This document shows positions 9,593-20,110 of a stretch of DNA of 64,000 bases, in pieces. A program made the position numbers and the translations under genes. The stretch spans positions 1 through 64,000 of the IMG/VR virus record IMGVR_UViG_3300009104_001210; one strand, written 5' to 3'. The notes under the pieces are model-generated. The model was not told the DNA's origin. It did not search any database and saw only the letters and a list, made by a program, of their open reading frames with translations. Every line of letters begins with the position of its first letter. The stretch's first letter is position 1.

Positions 9593-10607
9593 TAAATCAG
9601 ATATATTAAATTTTAAAAAACACTTTGATATAAAAACACAATCTCTTTTAACAAAAAATTTTAATGTAATACCTTATCATGAAAAAGTATTAACACCACT
9701 TATACAATCTTCAAAAAAGAACACAATTTTAAATTTAGGAGAATTTTTTGAAAATCAAATTTTTGATACAGCAAATTTGGTTAATCTTCATAAATTTTTA
9801 GAAAAAATAGGTTCATTAAATAATATTATATTGCTTAGTGAAGATTGTAATTTTGAAAAATTATATGAAGAGTGGTGTGAAAAAAGGAAAATTAAAAATA
9901 GAGTTAATGTTATTGGGTATCCATTTCTTTTTTATGAAAGAGCTAGAGAGTATCTTATATATTTTAAAGAGAATTACAAAATATTGAGATATGAAGATAG
10001 AGATGAGTTACCAACTAAAAAGTTTATGTGTTTAATGGGCAGAACAATGGAAGATAGAAATTCTCTTTATTATTTTTTTAAAAAAAGAGATTTATTTGAT
10101 AATAATTATATCAGTTATCTTGGTAGACGGATGATATTACCTGATAGTGGTAATATTAATTTAATAGGTATAGGAAATTCTACAGCAGAAACAGATAATT
10201 TAGGATTCTATTTTAAGGATTCTTATTTTTCAGTAATCCCAGAAACAGAACTTTGGTATGCTAGTCCACATTCATTATTTTTTACAGAAAAAACAACTAA
10301 AGTATTATATCATGGTCATCCGTTTATTATTTTGAGTTCTGTGGGAGCATTAAAACAATTAAGAGAGTGGGGATTCGAAACTTTTCCTGAATTATTTGAT
10401 GAAAGTTATGATGAGATAGAGAAACCATTTGATAGAATAGAGTTTATTAAAAAAGAAATTATGAAATTAATAACTATGGATGAAAAAAAATTATTAAAAT
10501 TATGTAAAAGTGTTGAAGATAAATGTATTCATAATAAAGAAGTTTTATTTAGTTTAAAAGTAATAGAAGAAAAAGTGTATAAAAAATTATCGAGTATGTG
10601 TATATGA
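9579..10607 (+). CDS. GT10-like (alpha-1,3-fucosyltransferase-motif) GT-B protein, paralogue 1
   Basis: KKFMCLMGR; YFSVIPET...FFTEKTTK..HGHPFI...GFETFPELFDESYD, resembling the GT10 Y.F....EN....Y.TEK motif. Start moved to ATG 9579. Confidence 0.55.
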   Translation: MSTYNKSDILNFKKHFDIKTQSLLTKNFNVIPYHEKVLTPLIQSSKKNTILNLGEFFENQIFDTANLVNLHKFLEKIGSLNNIILLSEDCNFEKLYEEWCEKRKIKNRVNVIGYPFLFYERAREYLIYFKENYKILRYEDRDELPTKKFMCLMGRTMEDRNSLYYFFKKRDLFDNNYISYLGRRMILPDSGNINLIGIGNSTAETDNLGFYFKDSYFSVIPETELWYASPHSLFFTEKTTKVLYHGHPFIILSSVGALKQLREWGFETFPELFDESYDEIEKPFDRIEFIKKEIMKLITMDEKKLLKLCKSVEDKCIHNKEVLFSLKVIEEKVYKKLSSMCI

Positions 10608-12070
10608 AAAGGAAAGGAGCAACAAAAAAATGGAAGGAAAAGAAAAAACTTCATGGAGAAATGTATGTAGATGCATTTGATACTGGAATTGAATATTATA
10701 GTTCTAATATAGGAAAAGAATTGAAATATTTAAAAGATGAATGGAATATGTCATATTTGGGAGTGATATGGGGATATGCAAAATCATTTAAAAAAGAAAC
10801 TTGGGATTGGTTAATAGAAAATACTTTTATATTTCCAGATGTAGCAAGATTAAAGAAAGATATATCAGATAGTTTACATCCAGAACTTTTTAATTTTTCA
10901 TATGAAGTGATAAAAAAATTAAATAAACATTTTATTACGATTATTGAAGATACTGAAGGTCATTGTATACAACTTAAAGTACCTGAAAAAGTACATAAAG
11001 TTTGTGAAAAAACAGAAATTCCTGTAGAAAAAATATTAATAATTACTAATGATATTAATGCTAAATCTGATTATGATAATTGGTTTGAAAAAATAAAAAA
11101 ATATGAAACAAAACTTAATATTGTAAGTTATCCTTGTTTTGTAAATAGAATGGTAGGGGATTTTTATGAAAAAATAGCAAAAAGTTTATATAAAGAACAT
11201 TCAAGTACTAGATTTGGTCGTACTACACTTGAATCGGGTATAACTATTCCTATTATTGATATTAAAGAACACATTTATAAACCGAAACGCAGATTAAAAC
11301 CAAATAAGAAATTTATATGTCTTATGGGAAGAGGTACAGATGATAGAAGTTTTTTTTGGGAATATTTTCAAAATGGTGTTAATGTTGATATTTTAAATAC
11401 AATGATTAAACGAATTAAATCCAGAAAATTATCTACAAAATGGGGGAAAGTTGTTGATCCAAAAACAAATTATATTTCTTTTGATGCTTTTAACTATGCA
11501 GTTTTTAAAACAAAACATAAGAAAGAGAACAAAGAAATAGCAAATTTATTACAAGAAAGTGGTCATATATCTTATGTTGCAGAAGATGTAATTTTAGAAA
11601 ATAGTTATGAAGATATAGATACTGGAAATTCCTTAACGCCCAGAGAAAATATTTTGTATGGTAGGTCAGGACCATTAACAGATAAGTTAGAATACTATTA
11701 TGAAGATTCTTATTTTTCTATAGTACCAGAATGTGTAAGTGGAACAATGTTATCAGAAAAGTGGGTAAAACCTATATATCATGGACACCCATTTATGATT
11801 TTATCGCCACTTGGGTGTGGAATATTAAAGAAGATGAGAGAGTGGGGATTTGAAACTTTTCCAGAAATATTTGATGAATCATATGATGAAATGGATAATA
11901 GATTAGATAGAGTGTCTCATATAGAAAATGAAATTTTAAGATTGTGTAAAATGGATATGAAAGAATTACAAAAGTTGCGTGATTCTGTATATGAAAAACT
12001 TGTCCATAATCAGAAAACTTTATTTGATATGAAATTAACACAAAAACCCTTTACGGATATATTAAAATGA
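10604..12070 (+). CDS. GT10-like GT-B protein, paralogue 2
   Basis: KKFICLMGR; YFSIVPEC...LSEKWVKP..HGHPFM...GFETFPEIFDESYD. ATGA overlap at 10604-10607. Confidence 0.55.
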   Translation: MKRKGATKKWKEKKKLHGEMYVDAFDTGIEYYSSNIGKELKYLKDEWNMSYLGVIWGYAKSFKKETWDWLIENTFIFPDVARLKKDISDSLHPELFNFSYEVIKKLNKHFITIIEDTEGHCIQLKVPEKVHKVCEKTEIPVEKILIITNDINAKSDYDNWFEKIKKYETKLNIVSYPCFVNRMVGDFYEKIAKSLYKEHSSTRFGRTTLESGITIPIIDIKEHIYKPKRRLKPNKKFICLMGRGTDDRSFFWEYFQNGVNVDILNTMIKRIKSRKLSTKWGKVVDPKTNYISFDAFNYAVFKTKHKKENKEIANLLQESGHISYVAEDVILENSYEDIDTGNSLTPRENILYGRSGPLTDKLEYYYEDSYFSIVPECVSGTMLSEKWVKPIYHGHPFMILSPLGCGILKKMREWGFETFPEIFDESYDEMDNRLDRVSHIENEILRLCKMDMKELQKLRDSVYEKLVHNQKTLFDMKLTQKPFTDILK

Positions 12071-13479
12071 AAGAACATTACTTAGGAGTATGTATTCCTT
12101 ATAGAGATAACGGAGATGGTGTAAGAAAAAAACATTTAGATACATTAGTTCCTTATCTTACTAAGTTTCTCGATGAAAGGAATATAAAACATAAAATGTT
12201 TATTGGTCATCAAGTAGATGATAAGTTATTTAATCGTAGTGGTACAAAGAATGCCGCATTTTTAGCAGCTAAAGAAGAGGGTTGTGATTATGTAGCATTT
12301 CATGATGTAGATATGTTGCCCGAAGACGGAGCAGATTACAGCTATCCCGAAGACAACCCAATCCACATAGCAACCTATCTATCTCAATGGGATTACAATC
12401 TCAGAGATGTAGAATACTTTGGTGGAGTTGTGTTGTTTACTATAGAGCAGTTTGAAGCAGTCAATGGATATCATACCAATTATTGGGGTTGGGGTATGGA
12501 AGATGATGACTTGTTTTGGAGATGTCATTTAAAGGGAATGACAAACGATAGATATGTTGAAGGACCAGGTGAAACAAATATTTGTACACTAAATGGTGAA
12601 TCAGATTTTATACAAATACCTTCTTCTAGAACGCTTCATAGTATTGGTAGTAGAAGTCATGAAATTGAGTTATTAGTAAGACCACATCAGTTTGCTGAAA
12701 AACAATATTTGATAGGAGATGAAAATAAAAAATATATTGAATATCCTATTTTTATTAGATATGGTTGGGATTATAGTATAAGTTATAATAATTCAAAAGC
12801 TATATCAAGTATGATTTGGACTTGGAAAAATGATTTATTATATAATTGGGCTAAAAGATATCCGAATGAATGGACATTAGTTAATGTAAAAGTTGATGAT
12901 GTTAAAAGAGAAATTAGATTGTTAATTAATGGAGAAGAAACAGATGCACGACATGGAACAGGAACAGAATCACCATTAGTATATAATATGCCACTTAAAA
13001 GATATGGTGGGTCTCCGATTTATCTTGGTAAAGCAAATAGTAATAATGCAAAACAACAAAATTTTATGGGAGATATAGCACATATTAAAATAAAAAATAA
13101 TAGAGATAAAGTAGTTTTACATTATGACTTTGATGAAGTTATAGATAATATAGTTATTGATAAGAGTGGTAATGATAATAATGGAATTATGAATGGTTGT
13201 GAGATAAAAAAGGAAGTTGTTGATAAAATACCATTTACAGTTGTACCACATAGAAGGTTTAGTAAATTTGAATGTTTATTTCATGAAGATGAAGGTATTG
13301 TTAAAGGAAATTTTGTGAGTGATACTACACCTAGAAATGAAAGAATATATAAGTTAAAGATGCAACAGAAAAAAATAGATATAGATACAGATGAGTATGG
13401 AGTAAAAAATATGGAATATGAATTAGTTAGTATAGAAGATTGTTATAATTATCATAAAATGGTTAATGTAAAGTTCTAA
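12067..13479 (+). CDS. GT7 glycosyltransferase with inserted LamG domain
   Basis: VCIPYRD, FNRSGTKN, FHDVD, YFGGV, GWGMEDDD. LamG insert. Resumes VVPHRRFSKF...GVKNMEY. Confidence 0.88.
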   Translation: MKEHYLGVCIPYRDNGDGVRKKHLDTLVPYLTKFLDERNIKHKMFIGHQVDDKLFNRSGTKNAAFLAAKEEGCDYVAFHDVDMLPEDGADYSYPEDNPIHIATYLSQWDYNLRDVEYFGGVVLFTIEQFEAVNGYHTNYWGWGMEDDDLFWRCHLKGMTNDRYVEGPGETNICTLNGESDFIQIPSSRTLHSIGSRSHEIELLVRPHQFAEKQYLIGDENKKYIEYPIFIRYGWDYSISYNNSKAISSMIWTWKNDLLYNWAKRYPNEWTLVNVKVDDVKREIRLLINGEETDARHGTGTESPLVYNMPLKRYGGSPIYLGKANSNNAKQQNFMGDIAHIKIKNNRDKVVLHYDFDEVIDNIVIDKSGNDNNGIMNGCEIKKEVVDKIPFTVVPHRRFSKFECLFHEDEGIVKGNFVSDTTPRNERIYKLKMQQKKIDIDTDEYGVKNMEYELVSIEDCYNYHKMVNVKF

Positions 13480-15008
13480 TGAGTAATTACGAACATGAAA
13501 GAATAAAGAAAGTTTTACCTCAAATAGAGGCAAAGACTTCACCAACATTTTGTCTTGCTAAATGGCACCATGTTACTATCTATCTACATTTAGGTGAAAC
13601 TCATAGTTGTTATCACCCACAACCACACGCAATTTCTTTAGAAGAGTTAAAAAACAATCCTTCAGCATTACATAATACCGTACAAAAGAAGTTTGAAAGA
13701 AAGCAGATGTTAGAGGGTAAGAAACCTGAAGGATGTACTTATTGTTGGAATGTAGAAGCATTAGGTGAAGATTATATAAGTGATAGGAAACAAAGAACTC
13801 TTTCTATATATGAGGGAGATAAGAGTAGATTAGATGATATTATAAATAATCCCTGGGATATGAATGTTAATCCTGAATATATCGAACTTTCTTTTGGTAA
13901 TCAATGTAATTTTAAATGTGGTTATTGTCATCCAAGATATAGTTCAAGATTTTATGATGAAATTAAAGAATATGGTTCTTATTACAAAAATTATACAGGC
14001 AAATATGATGTTGAGTGGTTTGAAGATAGGTTATATAAAAATGATGAAGATAATCCATATGTAAAGGCTTGGTGGAAATGGTGGCCAGAAGTTTCTAAGA
14101 CATTAAATATATTGAGAATTACAGGTGGTGAACCAACAATTCATGGTAGTACTTATAGATTATTAGATGAGATTAATAAAAACCCTATGCCAAATCTTGA
14201 ATTGAATATAAATTCTAATCTTGGTGCAAATCCAAAACTTTTTGATAAATTTGTAGAGAAGTTAAAACCAATTATAGAAGAAAAGAAAGTTAGAGAGTTC
14301 AAGTTATTTACTTCTATAGATAGCTGGGATAAACCTAAAGCTGAATATATGAGATATGGTTTAGATTTAGATTTATTTGAAAGAAATTTTAATAAGTATT
14401 TAACTGAAATTGATAATTCAAAATTATCTTTAATGATAACATTTAATAACTTATGTGTTTCTAACTTTGATTCTTTATTAGAACAAATATTAGTGTGGAG
14501 AGAAAAATATAATACTAAAGCAGCTAGAGAAAAAGGAAATGTTAATCAACCTATACCTTTACAGAGAATTCAAATAGATACACCATATTTAAAAGAACCG
14601 CCACATTATGATATGAATATTTTACCTAAAGAAGAGTTTACACATTATATGGATGATCATTTAAAGTTTATGATTGACAATCAAGATGATGAGGATAATA
14701 CAAAATTTAGAACTATAGAAGTTGAAAAATTTAGAAGGGTTGTAGATTATTTTAAAAGTTCAGAGATAGAACATAGACCATATCCAACCGTTGAGGAATA
14801 TATTAAGAAAGGAAGAAGTGATTTTTATAATTTTTTTAAGGAACACGATAATAGAAGGGGAACAAATTTTTTAAAATCTTTTCCCGAATACACAGAGTTT
14901 TTTAATTCTTGTAAGAGTGAAATAATTAATACTGCTAGAAGTTCTAGGTTAGCTGAAAAAAGAATGAGATTATTAGAGAGAAGGAGAAAAAATGATAAAA
15001 CTAATTAA
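13479..15008 (+). CDS. Radical SAM protein with N-terminal twitch-like Fe-S domain
   Basis: FCLAKW...HSCYHP...GCTYCW precedes NQCNFKCGYC (CxxxCxxC). ITGGEP, NSNL. Confidence 0.88.
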   Translation: MSNYEHERIKKVLPQIEAKTSPTFCLAKWHHVTIYLHLGETHSCYHPQPHAISLEELKNNPSALHNTVQKKFERKQMLEGKKPEGCTYCWNVEALGEDYISDRKQRTLSIYEGDKSRLDDIINNPWDMNVNPEYIELSFGNQCNFKCGYCHPRYSSRFYDEIKEYGSYYKNYTGKYDVEWFEDRLYKNDEDNPYVKAWWKWWPEVSKTLNILRITGGEPTIHGSTYRLLDEINKNPMPNLELNINSNLGANPKLFDKFVEKLKPIIEEKKVREFKLFTSIDSWDKPKAEYMRYGLDLDLFERNFNKYLTEIDNSKLSLMITFNNLCVSNFDSLLEQILVWREKYNTKAAREKGNVNQPIPLQRIQIDTPYLKEPPHYDMNILPKEEFTHYMDDHLKFMIDNQDDEDNTKFRTIEVEKFRRVVDYFKSSEIEHRPYPTVEEYIKKGRSDFYNFFKEHDNRRGTNFLKSFPEYTEFFNSCKSEIINTARSSRLAEKRMRLLERRRKNDKTN

Positions 15009-15096
15009 ACGATTGATTACTAAAATAAAATTAGAAATAAGATATCGTAAAAAAATTAAAGAACTTAAAAAAAGAGATCCTTTTATATACAAATAA
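14992..15096 (+). CDS. Small basic peptide (34 aa) ending RDPFIYK; not in the ORF track
   Basis: AAGGAG at 14981-14986, ATG 14992. MIKLIKRLITKIKLEIRYRKKIKELKKRDPFIYK*. Stop TAA directly abuts ATG 15097. Confidence 0.75.
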   Translation: MIKLIKRLITKIKLEIRYRKKIKELKKRDPFIYK

Positions 15097-16332
15097 ATGA
15101 GTATTAGAGAAAAATATAAAAAGTTAAAAGGATCTAAGGTTTTTTGTATGATGCCCTGGATACATACACACGTGTGGCCAAGTGGTAAAGCATTTCCTTG
15201 TTGTATGTCGGATAGTACAGTTGAATATGGTAATTTAAATGATAATAGTTTAGCAGAGATTTGGAATGATGAAAAGTATAAACAACTTCGTTTAAATATG
15301 TTAAATGAAAAAGAAAGTTTAGAATGTAATAGATGTTATGAAATGGAGAAATCCAATGTGTGGACTTTACGAAAAATGGTAAATCAGACATATGATAAGC
15401 ATTGGGATAGAGTAGAGACAACACAAGATGATGGTACGGTAGAAGAAGTAAATATGGGATATATGGATATTAGAGTTTCTAATATATGTAATTTCAGATG
15501 TAGAACTTGTGGTCCAGAGTTGAGTAGTGCTTGGCATGAAGATCATATTAAACTTTATGGAGAAAAACCACAATGGCCTAAGATAATGAATATAGCAAAT
15601 AATGAAAGGTTTTGGAAAGATTTACAACCATTATTATTTACGGTAGAGGAAGCGTGTTGGGCAGGTGGAGAACCAATTATTACAGAAGAACATTATAAGA
15701 TATTAGATTTTTGGGTTGAAAATAACATGAAAGATGTTAGATTAAGATATACAACAAATTTTAGTAATCTTTATTTTAAGAAAAAAAGTATATTAGAGTA
15801 TTGGAATTCTTTTAATGATGTTAGAATAGCTGCAAGTCTTGATGCTATGGGTAAAAGAGGTGAGTTGATTAGGGCAGGAATGGAATGGAATGTTATAGAA
15901 GACAATCGTAGACAAATGATAAAAGAATGTCCTGATGTATATTTTGAAATAACACCTACAGTTAGTATTATGAATGTGTATCATCTACCAGACTTTCATA
16001 AGGATTGGGTAGATAAAGAACTTTTAGAACCAAATAATATAAGAGTAAATATATTAACACATCCAGAAGATTATAGAATACAAATTATACCAAAAGAAGA
16101 AAGAAAGAAATTTATAGACAAGTATAATGAACATATAAAATGGATTGATGATAATTTTGGTGAAGGTGTTGCTAAAAATGGATTTATGTCTATATTAGAT
16201 TTTTTAGAACAAGGTAATTATGAAGATAGTATATCTAATTTTATTAATAGAAATAAAGCATTAGATAAAACAAGAGAAGAATCTTTATTTGATGTTTGTA
16301 CTGAATTAAAGTTTTTAAAAGATTATGAATAG
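15097..16332 (+). CDS. Radical SAM protein with N-terminal twitch domain
   Basis: FCMMPW...GKAFPCC...ECNRCY; NICNFRCRTC; AGGEP; YTTN; SLDA. Confidence 0.9.
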   Translation: MSIREKYKKLKGSKVFCMMPWIHTHVWPSGKAFPCCMSDSTVEYGNLNDNSLAEIWNDEKYKQLRLNMLNEKESLECNRCYEMEKSNVWTLRKMVNQTYDKHWDRVETTQDDGTVEEVNMGYMDIRVSNICNFRCRTCGPELSSAWHEDHIKLYGEKPQWPKIMNIANNERFWKDLQPLLFTVEEACWAGGEPIITEEHYKILDFWVENNMKDVRLRYTTNFSNLYFKKKSILEYWNSFNDVRIAASLDAMGKRGELIRAGMEWNVIEDNRRQMIKECPDVYFEITPTVSIMNVYHLPDFHKDWVDKELLEPNNIRVNILTHPEDYRIQIIPKEERKKFIDKYNEHIKWIDDNFGEGVAKNGFMSILDFLEQGNYEDSISNFINRNKALDKTREESLFDVCTELKFLKDYE

Positions 16333-17047
16333 AGAATTTATATTTTATAAGAATAAACACAAGGATAAAACTGCTATTTTATTTGCAAGTGGTCCAACCT
16401 TAGAATTATATAACTTTGATTCTTCTAAGGATTGGGTTAGAGTAGGGGTTAATTCTGTAATTTATAAAGAAGATTTAAAATTAGATTATTTTTTTGGTGG
16501 ACAAAATGTAAAGAGAGAAAGTTGGAATCATCCACACCATGATTTAGAAATTAAATCACCAATATTTAATCAGTTGGATAAAAGAAAAGATGAAATGGAA
16601 ATTTTTCTATTAAATAAAATAGTGTATGATATACAAAATAAACCAACGTGGGTAGATAAAGCTAATGATGAACTTTTTACAAATGAAGAAATTCAAATGT
16701 TAGATGCAATTTCTTTCGAATGTCATACGGAAAGAGGAGTATCAGCATTTCAAATTGATATAAATACTAATCCATTATATGATAGAAGAATTGTTTTTCC
16801 TGCATTACAATTTTTACTTTATACAGGAGTTAAAGAAATATATTTGGTTGGATGTGATTGTGGATATGGTGCTTCTTATTTAGAACCAAATAAACGATGG
16901 GATCATGATATAAAAAATAAAACAGAAGGAACTATTTCATTTTGGAAAGAATTTAAAGAGTTTGTTGATATAAATTTTAAAGATGTAAAAATAATATCTA
17001 TTAATCCAAAGGGATTAAAAGGAATGTTTCAGGATGTTTATGAATAA
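16325..17047 (+). CDS. DUF115/Maf (MptE-like) domain protein, putative sugar transferase
   Basis: KTAILFASGPTL, VGVNS, PALQFLLYTGVKEIYLVGCDC. Confidence 0.65.
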   Translation: MNREFIFYKNKHKDKTAILFASGPTLELYNFDSSKDWVRVGVNSVIYKEDLKLDYFFGGQNVKRESWNHPHHDLEIKSPIFNQLDKRKDEMEIFLLNKIVYDIQNKPTWVDKANDELFTNEEIQMLDAISFECHTERGVSAFQIDINTNPLYDRRIVFPALQFLLYTGVKEIYLVGCDCGYGASYLEPNKRWDHDIKNKTEGTISFWKEFKEFVDINFKDVKIISINPKGLKGMFQDVYE

Positions 17048-17666
17048 GTTAGTTACATTTGGAGATAGTTTTGTGGAACAATCTGTTCATACAGAACCAT
17101 TGACCTGGTTAGATTATGTTTGTCAAGAAAATGATTTAATACTTGATTCACGTGGTGTAGGTGGTATTGGTCCTTGGAGCACAATAATGAATTTTTTAGA
17201 TTATGATAAAGATTTTGATATTTGTTTCTTTGCTTGGTCCACCTTACACAGAGAAATGGATATAAAAAAAGATTCGAATGATTATATTTTTTTAAAAGGA
17301 ATTGCTTTATTACAATGGTTTGATAGATTTTTACAAAAAAATTATTCAGATAAAAAAATTATTCATTTATATTCTTTTAAAGAATCAGATTATATTTCAG
17401 ATGACGGATCGGGCCATGAAGTGAATATTTTAAACAAGAACAATATACATTTTGATTTTTATCCTCATATATTTGAACAAGGAATAAATATAAAACCAGA
17501 ACTTTTAGAATTTTCGAAGTTATTAGATTTTAATTTTACAAAAGATATTAGATCATTACATATGGCACCTCAAGTTCATGAATCATTTGCTAAACAACTT
17601 AATAAAGTATTAAAAGACGAATCATTAAATAATGGTGATATGGTGGAGTTCAATCTTGAATATTAA
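17034..17666 (+). CDS. SGNH/GDSL-fold protein
   Basis: VTFGDSF block I, RGVGG oxyanion-type Gly, C-terminal ..LHM.PQVH. Confidence 0.55.
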   Translation: MFMNKLVTFGDSFVEQSVHTEPLTWLDYVCQENDLILDSRGVGGIGPWSTIMNFLDYDKDFDICFFAWSTLHREMDIKKDSNDYIFLKGIALLQWFDRFLQKNYSDKKIIHLYSFKESDYISDDGSGHEVNILNKNNIHFDFYPHIFEQGINIKPELLEFSKLLDFNFTKDIRSLHMAPQVHESFAKQLNKVLKDESLNNGDMVEFNLEY

Positions 17667-19083
17667 ATCTAAAACATTTTGTCCTTTTCCTTTTATGAAC
17701 CTCAATAATAATACTGATGGTTCTATGAAGATATGTTGTGCTCAAAATGAAAACTTACATTTAAAGAAAGATGATGGTTCTACATTCAATGTAGCAACTG
17801 ATGATATAGATGAAGTTTGGAATTCAAAGCACATGAGAGATATCAGAAAGAAACTTTTGAATGGAGAGCAAATACAAGAATGTAACGTGTGTTGGAATGT
17901 AGAAAATTTAGAAAAAACATATGGTGGTCATGAAGCACCAACAAGTACAAGATTAGATAGTATTAAAAGTTATATGGAAGAAGATGGTATTTATTCGCAT
18001 ATGAAAGAGGTGATAGAAAATAATATTAAGATGATGGATGATGATGGATTTATTAAAGATACACTTAATAGTTTAGAACTTAGATTAGGAAATCATTGTA
18101 ATTTAAAGTGTACAATGTGTTGGGGATATAGTAGTAGTAGAATTAACGCTGAACGATTAGACATAGTAAAAAAGTATGGATCAAAAATGCCAGTATGGTT
18201 ATATGATATGTGGTATCCAGCCGAGTATAATATATCCAAAATCAATATGATGTGGCATGAAAATCCGCAGTTTTTAGACAACTTTAAAAAAGTAGCACCT
18301 ACATTAAAAAGATTATATGTAACGGGTGGTGAACCAAGTATAATAAAAGCTAATGATGATATGATAAATCATTTGATTGAGATAGGTAATAAAGAATGTC
18401 ATGTATCATTTACTACTAATCTTACAACTTGGAATATGAACTTGTATGATAAACTATCTTTCTTTGATAAGAGTGAAGTTCAGGTTAGTATTGATGGTTA
18501 TAAAGAATCACAAGAGTATATAAGATATGGTTCAGCTTGGGAAGATATAGAAACAAATTTTAAAAGGTTGATAGAATTACCAGATAAAGTAAGAATTCAG
18601 ATATATAATGTATTTCAGATTTATAATATGTTTGAAACATATAAATTAATGAAATGGTTAGACTCTTTGAGTTTAAAAAGGCATGTATCTTTTTGGCCTA
18701 TATTAATAGATCAACCATTACATTTAAGATCAAATATAATTCCCTGGTCTTTAAGAGATAAAGCTATGGAATTATATAGAGAATTTTATGATTATTCAAC
18801 ATATGATAATAAATACTTAGACTTACATGGTGCAGCTAATAGAATTATTTCTTATTTAGAAAGTGATTGGGAAGCGCACGGTAGTTATGGAAAATATTGT
18901 CAAGGTGTAGAACAAACAGAAGTAAATCAAAGATATATGTTTTATCAATATACAAATTTTATGGATAGGTGTAGAGATACAGATTTTTTTAAAACTTTTA
19001 TTCAATTTGAAGAATTGAGAGAAGAATATGAAAACAGTCTTGATAAAAAAATAGTAACACCTAATTGGTGGATAGATGACTGA
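17656..19083 (+). CDS. Radical SAM protein with N-terminal twitch domain
   Basis: FCPFPF...GSMKICC...ECNVCW; NHCNLKCTMC; TGGEP; FTTN; SIDG. Probable TTG start at 17656 after GGAG (track start 17632). Confidence 0.9.
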   Translation: MNIKSKTFCPFPFMNLNNNTDGSMKICCAQNENLHLKKDDGSTFNVATDDIDEVWNSKHMRDIRKKLLNGEQIQECNVCWNVENLEKTYGGHEAPTSTRLDSIKSYMEEDGIYSHMKEVIENNIKMMDDDGFIKDTLNSLELRLGNHCNLKCTMCWGYSSSRINAERLDIVKKYGSKMPVWLYDMWYPAEYNISKINMMWHENPQFLDNFKKVAPTLKRLYVTGGEPSIIKANDDMINHLIEIGNKECHVSFTTNLTTWNMNLYDKLSFFDKSEVQVSIDGYKESQEYIRYGSAWEDIETNFKRLIELPDKVRIQIYNVFQIYNMFETYKLMKWLDSLSLKRHVSFWPILIDQPLHLRSNIIPWSLRDKAMELYREFYDYSTYDNKYLDLHGAANRIISYLESDWEAHGSYGKYCQGVEQTEVNQRYMFYQYTNFMDRCRDTDFFKTFIQFEELREEYENSLDKKIVTPNWWIDD

Positions 19084-20110
19084 GTTATTAAAAATATTAC
19101 CAGGTGAAAATAAGTATATAAATGTAACTTGGCAAGTAAATGATTGGTGTAATTTTAGATGTTCTTATTGTAATGAGGGTAATTGGGGTGGTAACAATTT
19201 AAATAAAGATACAGATAAGTACATAGAGTTTTTAGATTCTTTGATATCAAAATATCAATCATTTGGTTATGAGTCTTTTAAATTCTTTTTTTCGGGAGGA
19301 GAACCAACATATTGGAAATCATTAATACCAATAGCAAAATTTTTACATAAAAAATGTGATAAACCATTATTAGCTATAAATACAAATTTAAGCAATCCTT
19401 TGAGTTGGTGGTTAGATAATTATTATTACTTTCAAGATGTTGTAGCTAGTTATCATATTGAATATATTAAATACAATAAGTATATTAAGAATGCTAAGTT
19501 TTTACAAGATAGAGTAAATTATTTAGCATTGAGAATTATGATGGAAGAAAGTAGGTTTCAAGAGTGTATTGATATTGGTAGAAAGATGTATAGCGACATG
19601 GATAATTGTGTTGTAGAATGGGTCCCACTACTTAAAGATTTATCAGTAGATGCAGAAATGTGGGATTATGACGAAGAATGGAAAAATGATTTTTTCAAAA
19701 AGACGGATGGTTATATGAGAAAATGGGGAAAAGTAAATGAAAGACGAAAGTTTAAACCTGCTTATAGTTTAGAGGTTTGGAGTGATGGTAAAATTAGACC
19801 TGTAAACTCTAATAGATTATCAGCAGAGAAGTTAACTAATTTTCAAGGATGGACTTGTTTTTTAAATGATGCTATTTTTATAAATACAAGGGGTGATGTT
19901 AGCGCTGGTAGTTGTGGTGTTAGTGATATATTTACTAATATAAACACATGGAAACAAGAAGATTTAGAAAATTTAGGAAATCCTGTTATTTGTCCAAAGA
20001 ATCATTGTACTTGTGGTACGGATGTAATAATACCAAAAATAAATCCAAAAGTTTATAAAGATGTAGGAGATTATAAGATTATTAAAAAGGAAAATATAAA
20101 TGCAACCTAA
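19076..20110 (+). CDS. Radical SAM protein with C-terminal twitch-like Cys cluster
   Basis: DWCNFRCSYC; SGGEPT; NTN; ASYH; C-terminal WTCF...SCG...ICPKNHCTCGTD. Confidence 0.88.
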   Translation: MTELLKILPGENKYINVTWQVNDWCNFRCSYCNEGNWGGNNLNKDTDKYIEFLDSLISKYQSFGYESFKFFFSGGEPTYWKSLIPIAKFLHKKCDKPLLAINTNLSNPLSWWLDNYYYFQDVVASYHIEYIKYNKYIKNAKFLQDRVNYLALRIMMEESRFQECIDIGRKMYSDMDNCVVEWVPLLKDLSVDAEMWDYDEEWKNDFFKKTDGYMRKWGKVNERRKFKPAYSLEVWSDGKIRPVNSNRLSAEKLTNFQGWTCFLNDAIFINTRGDVSAGSCGVSDIFTNINTWKQEDLENLGNPVICPKNHCTCGTDVIIPKINPKVYKDVGDYKIIKKENINAT

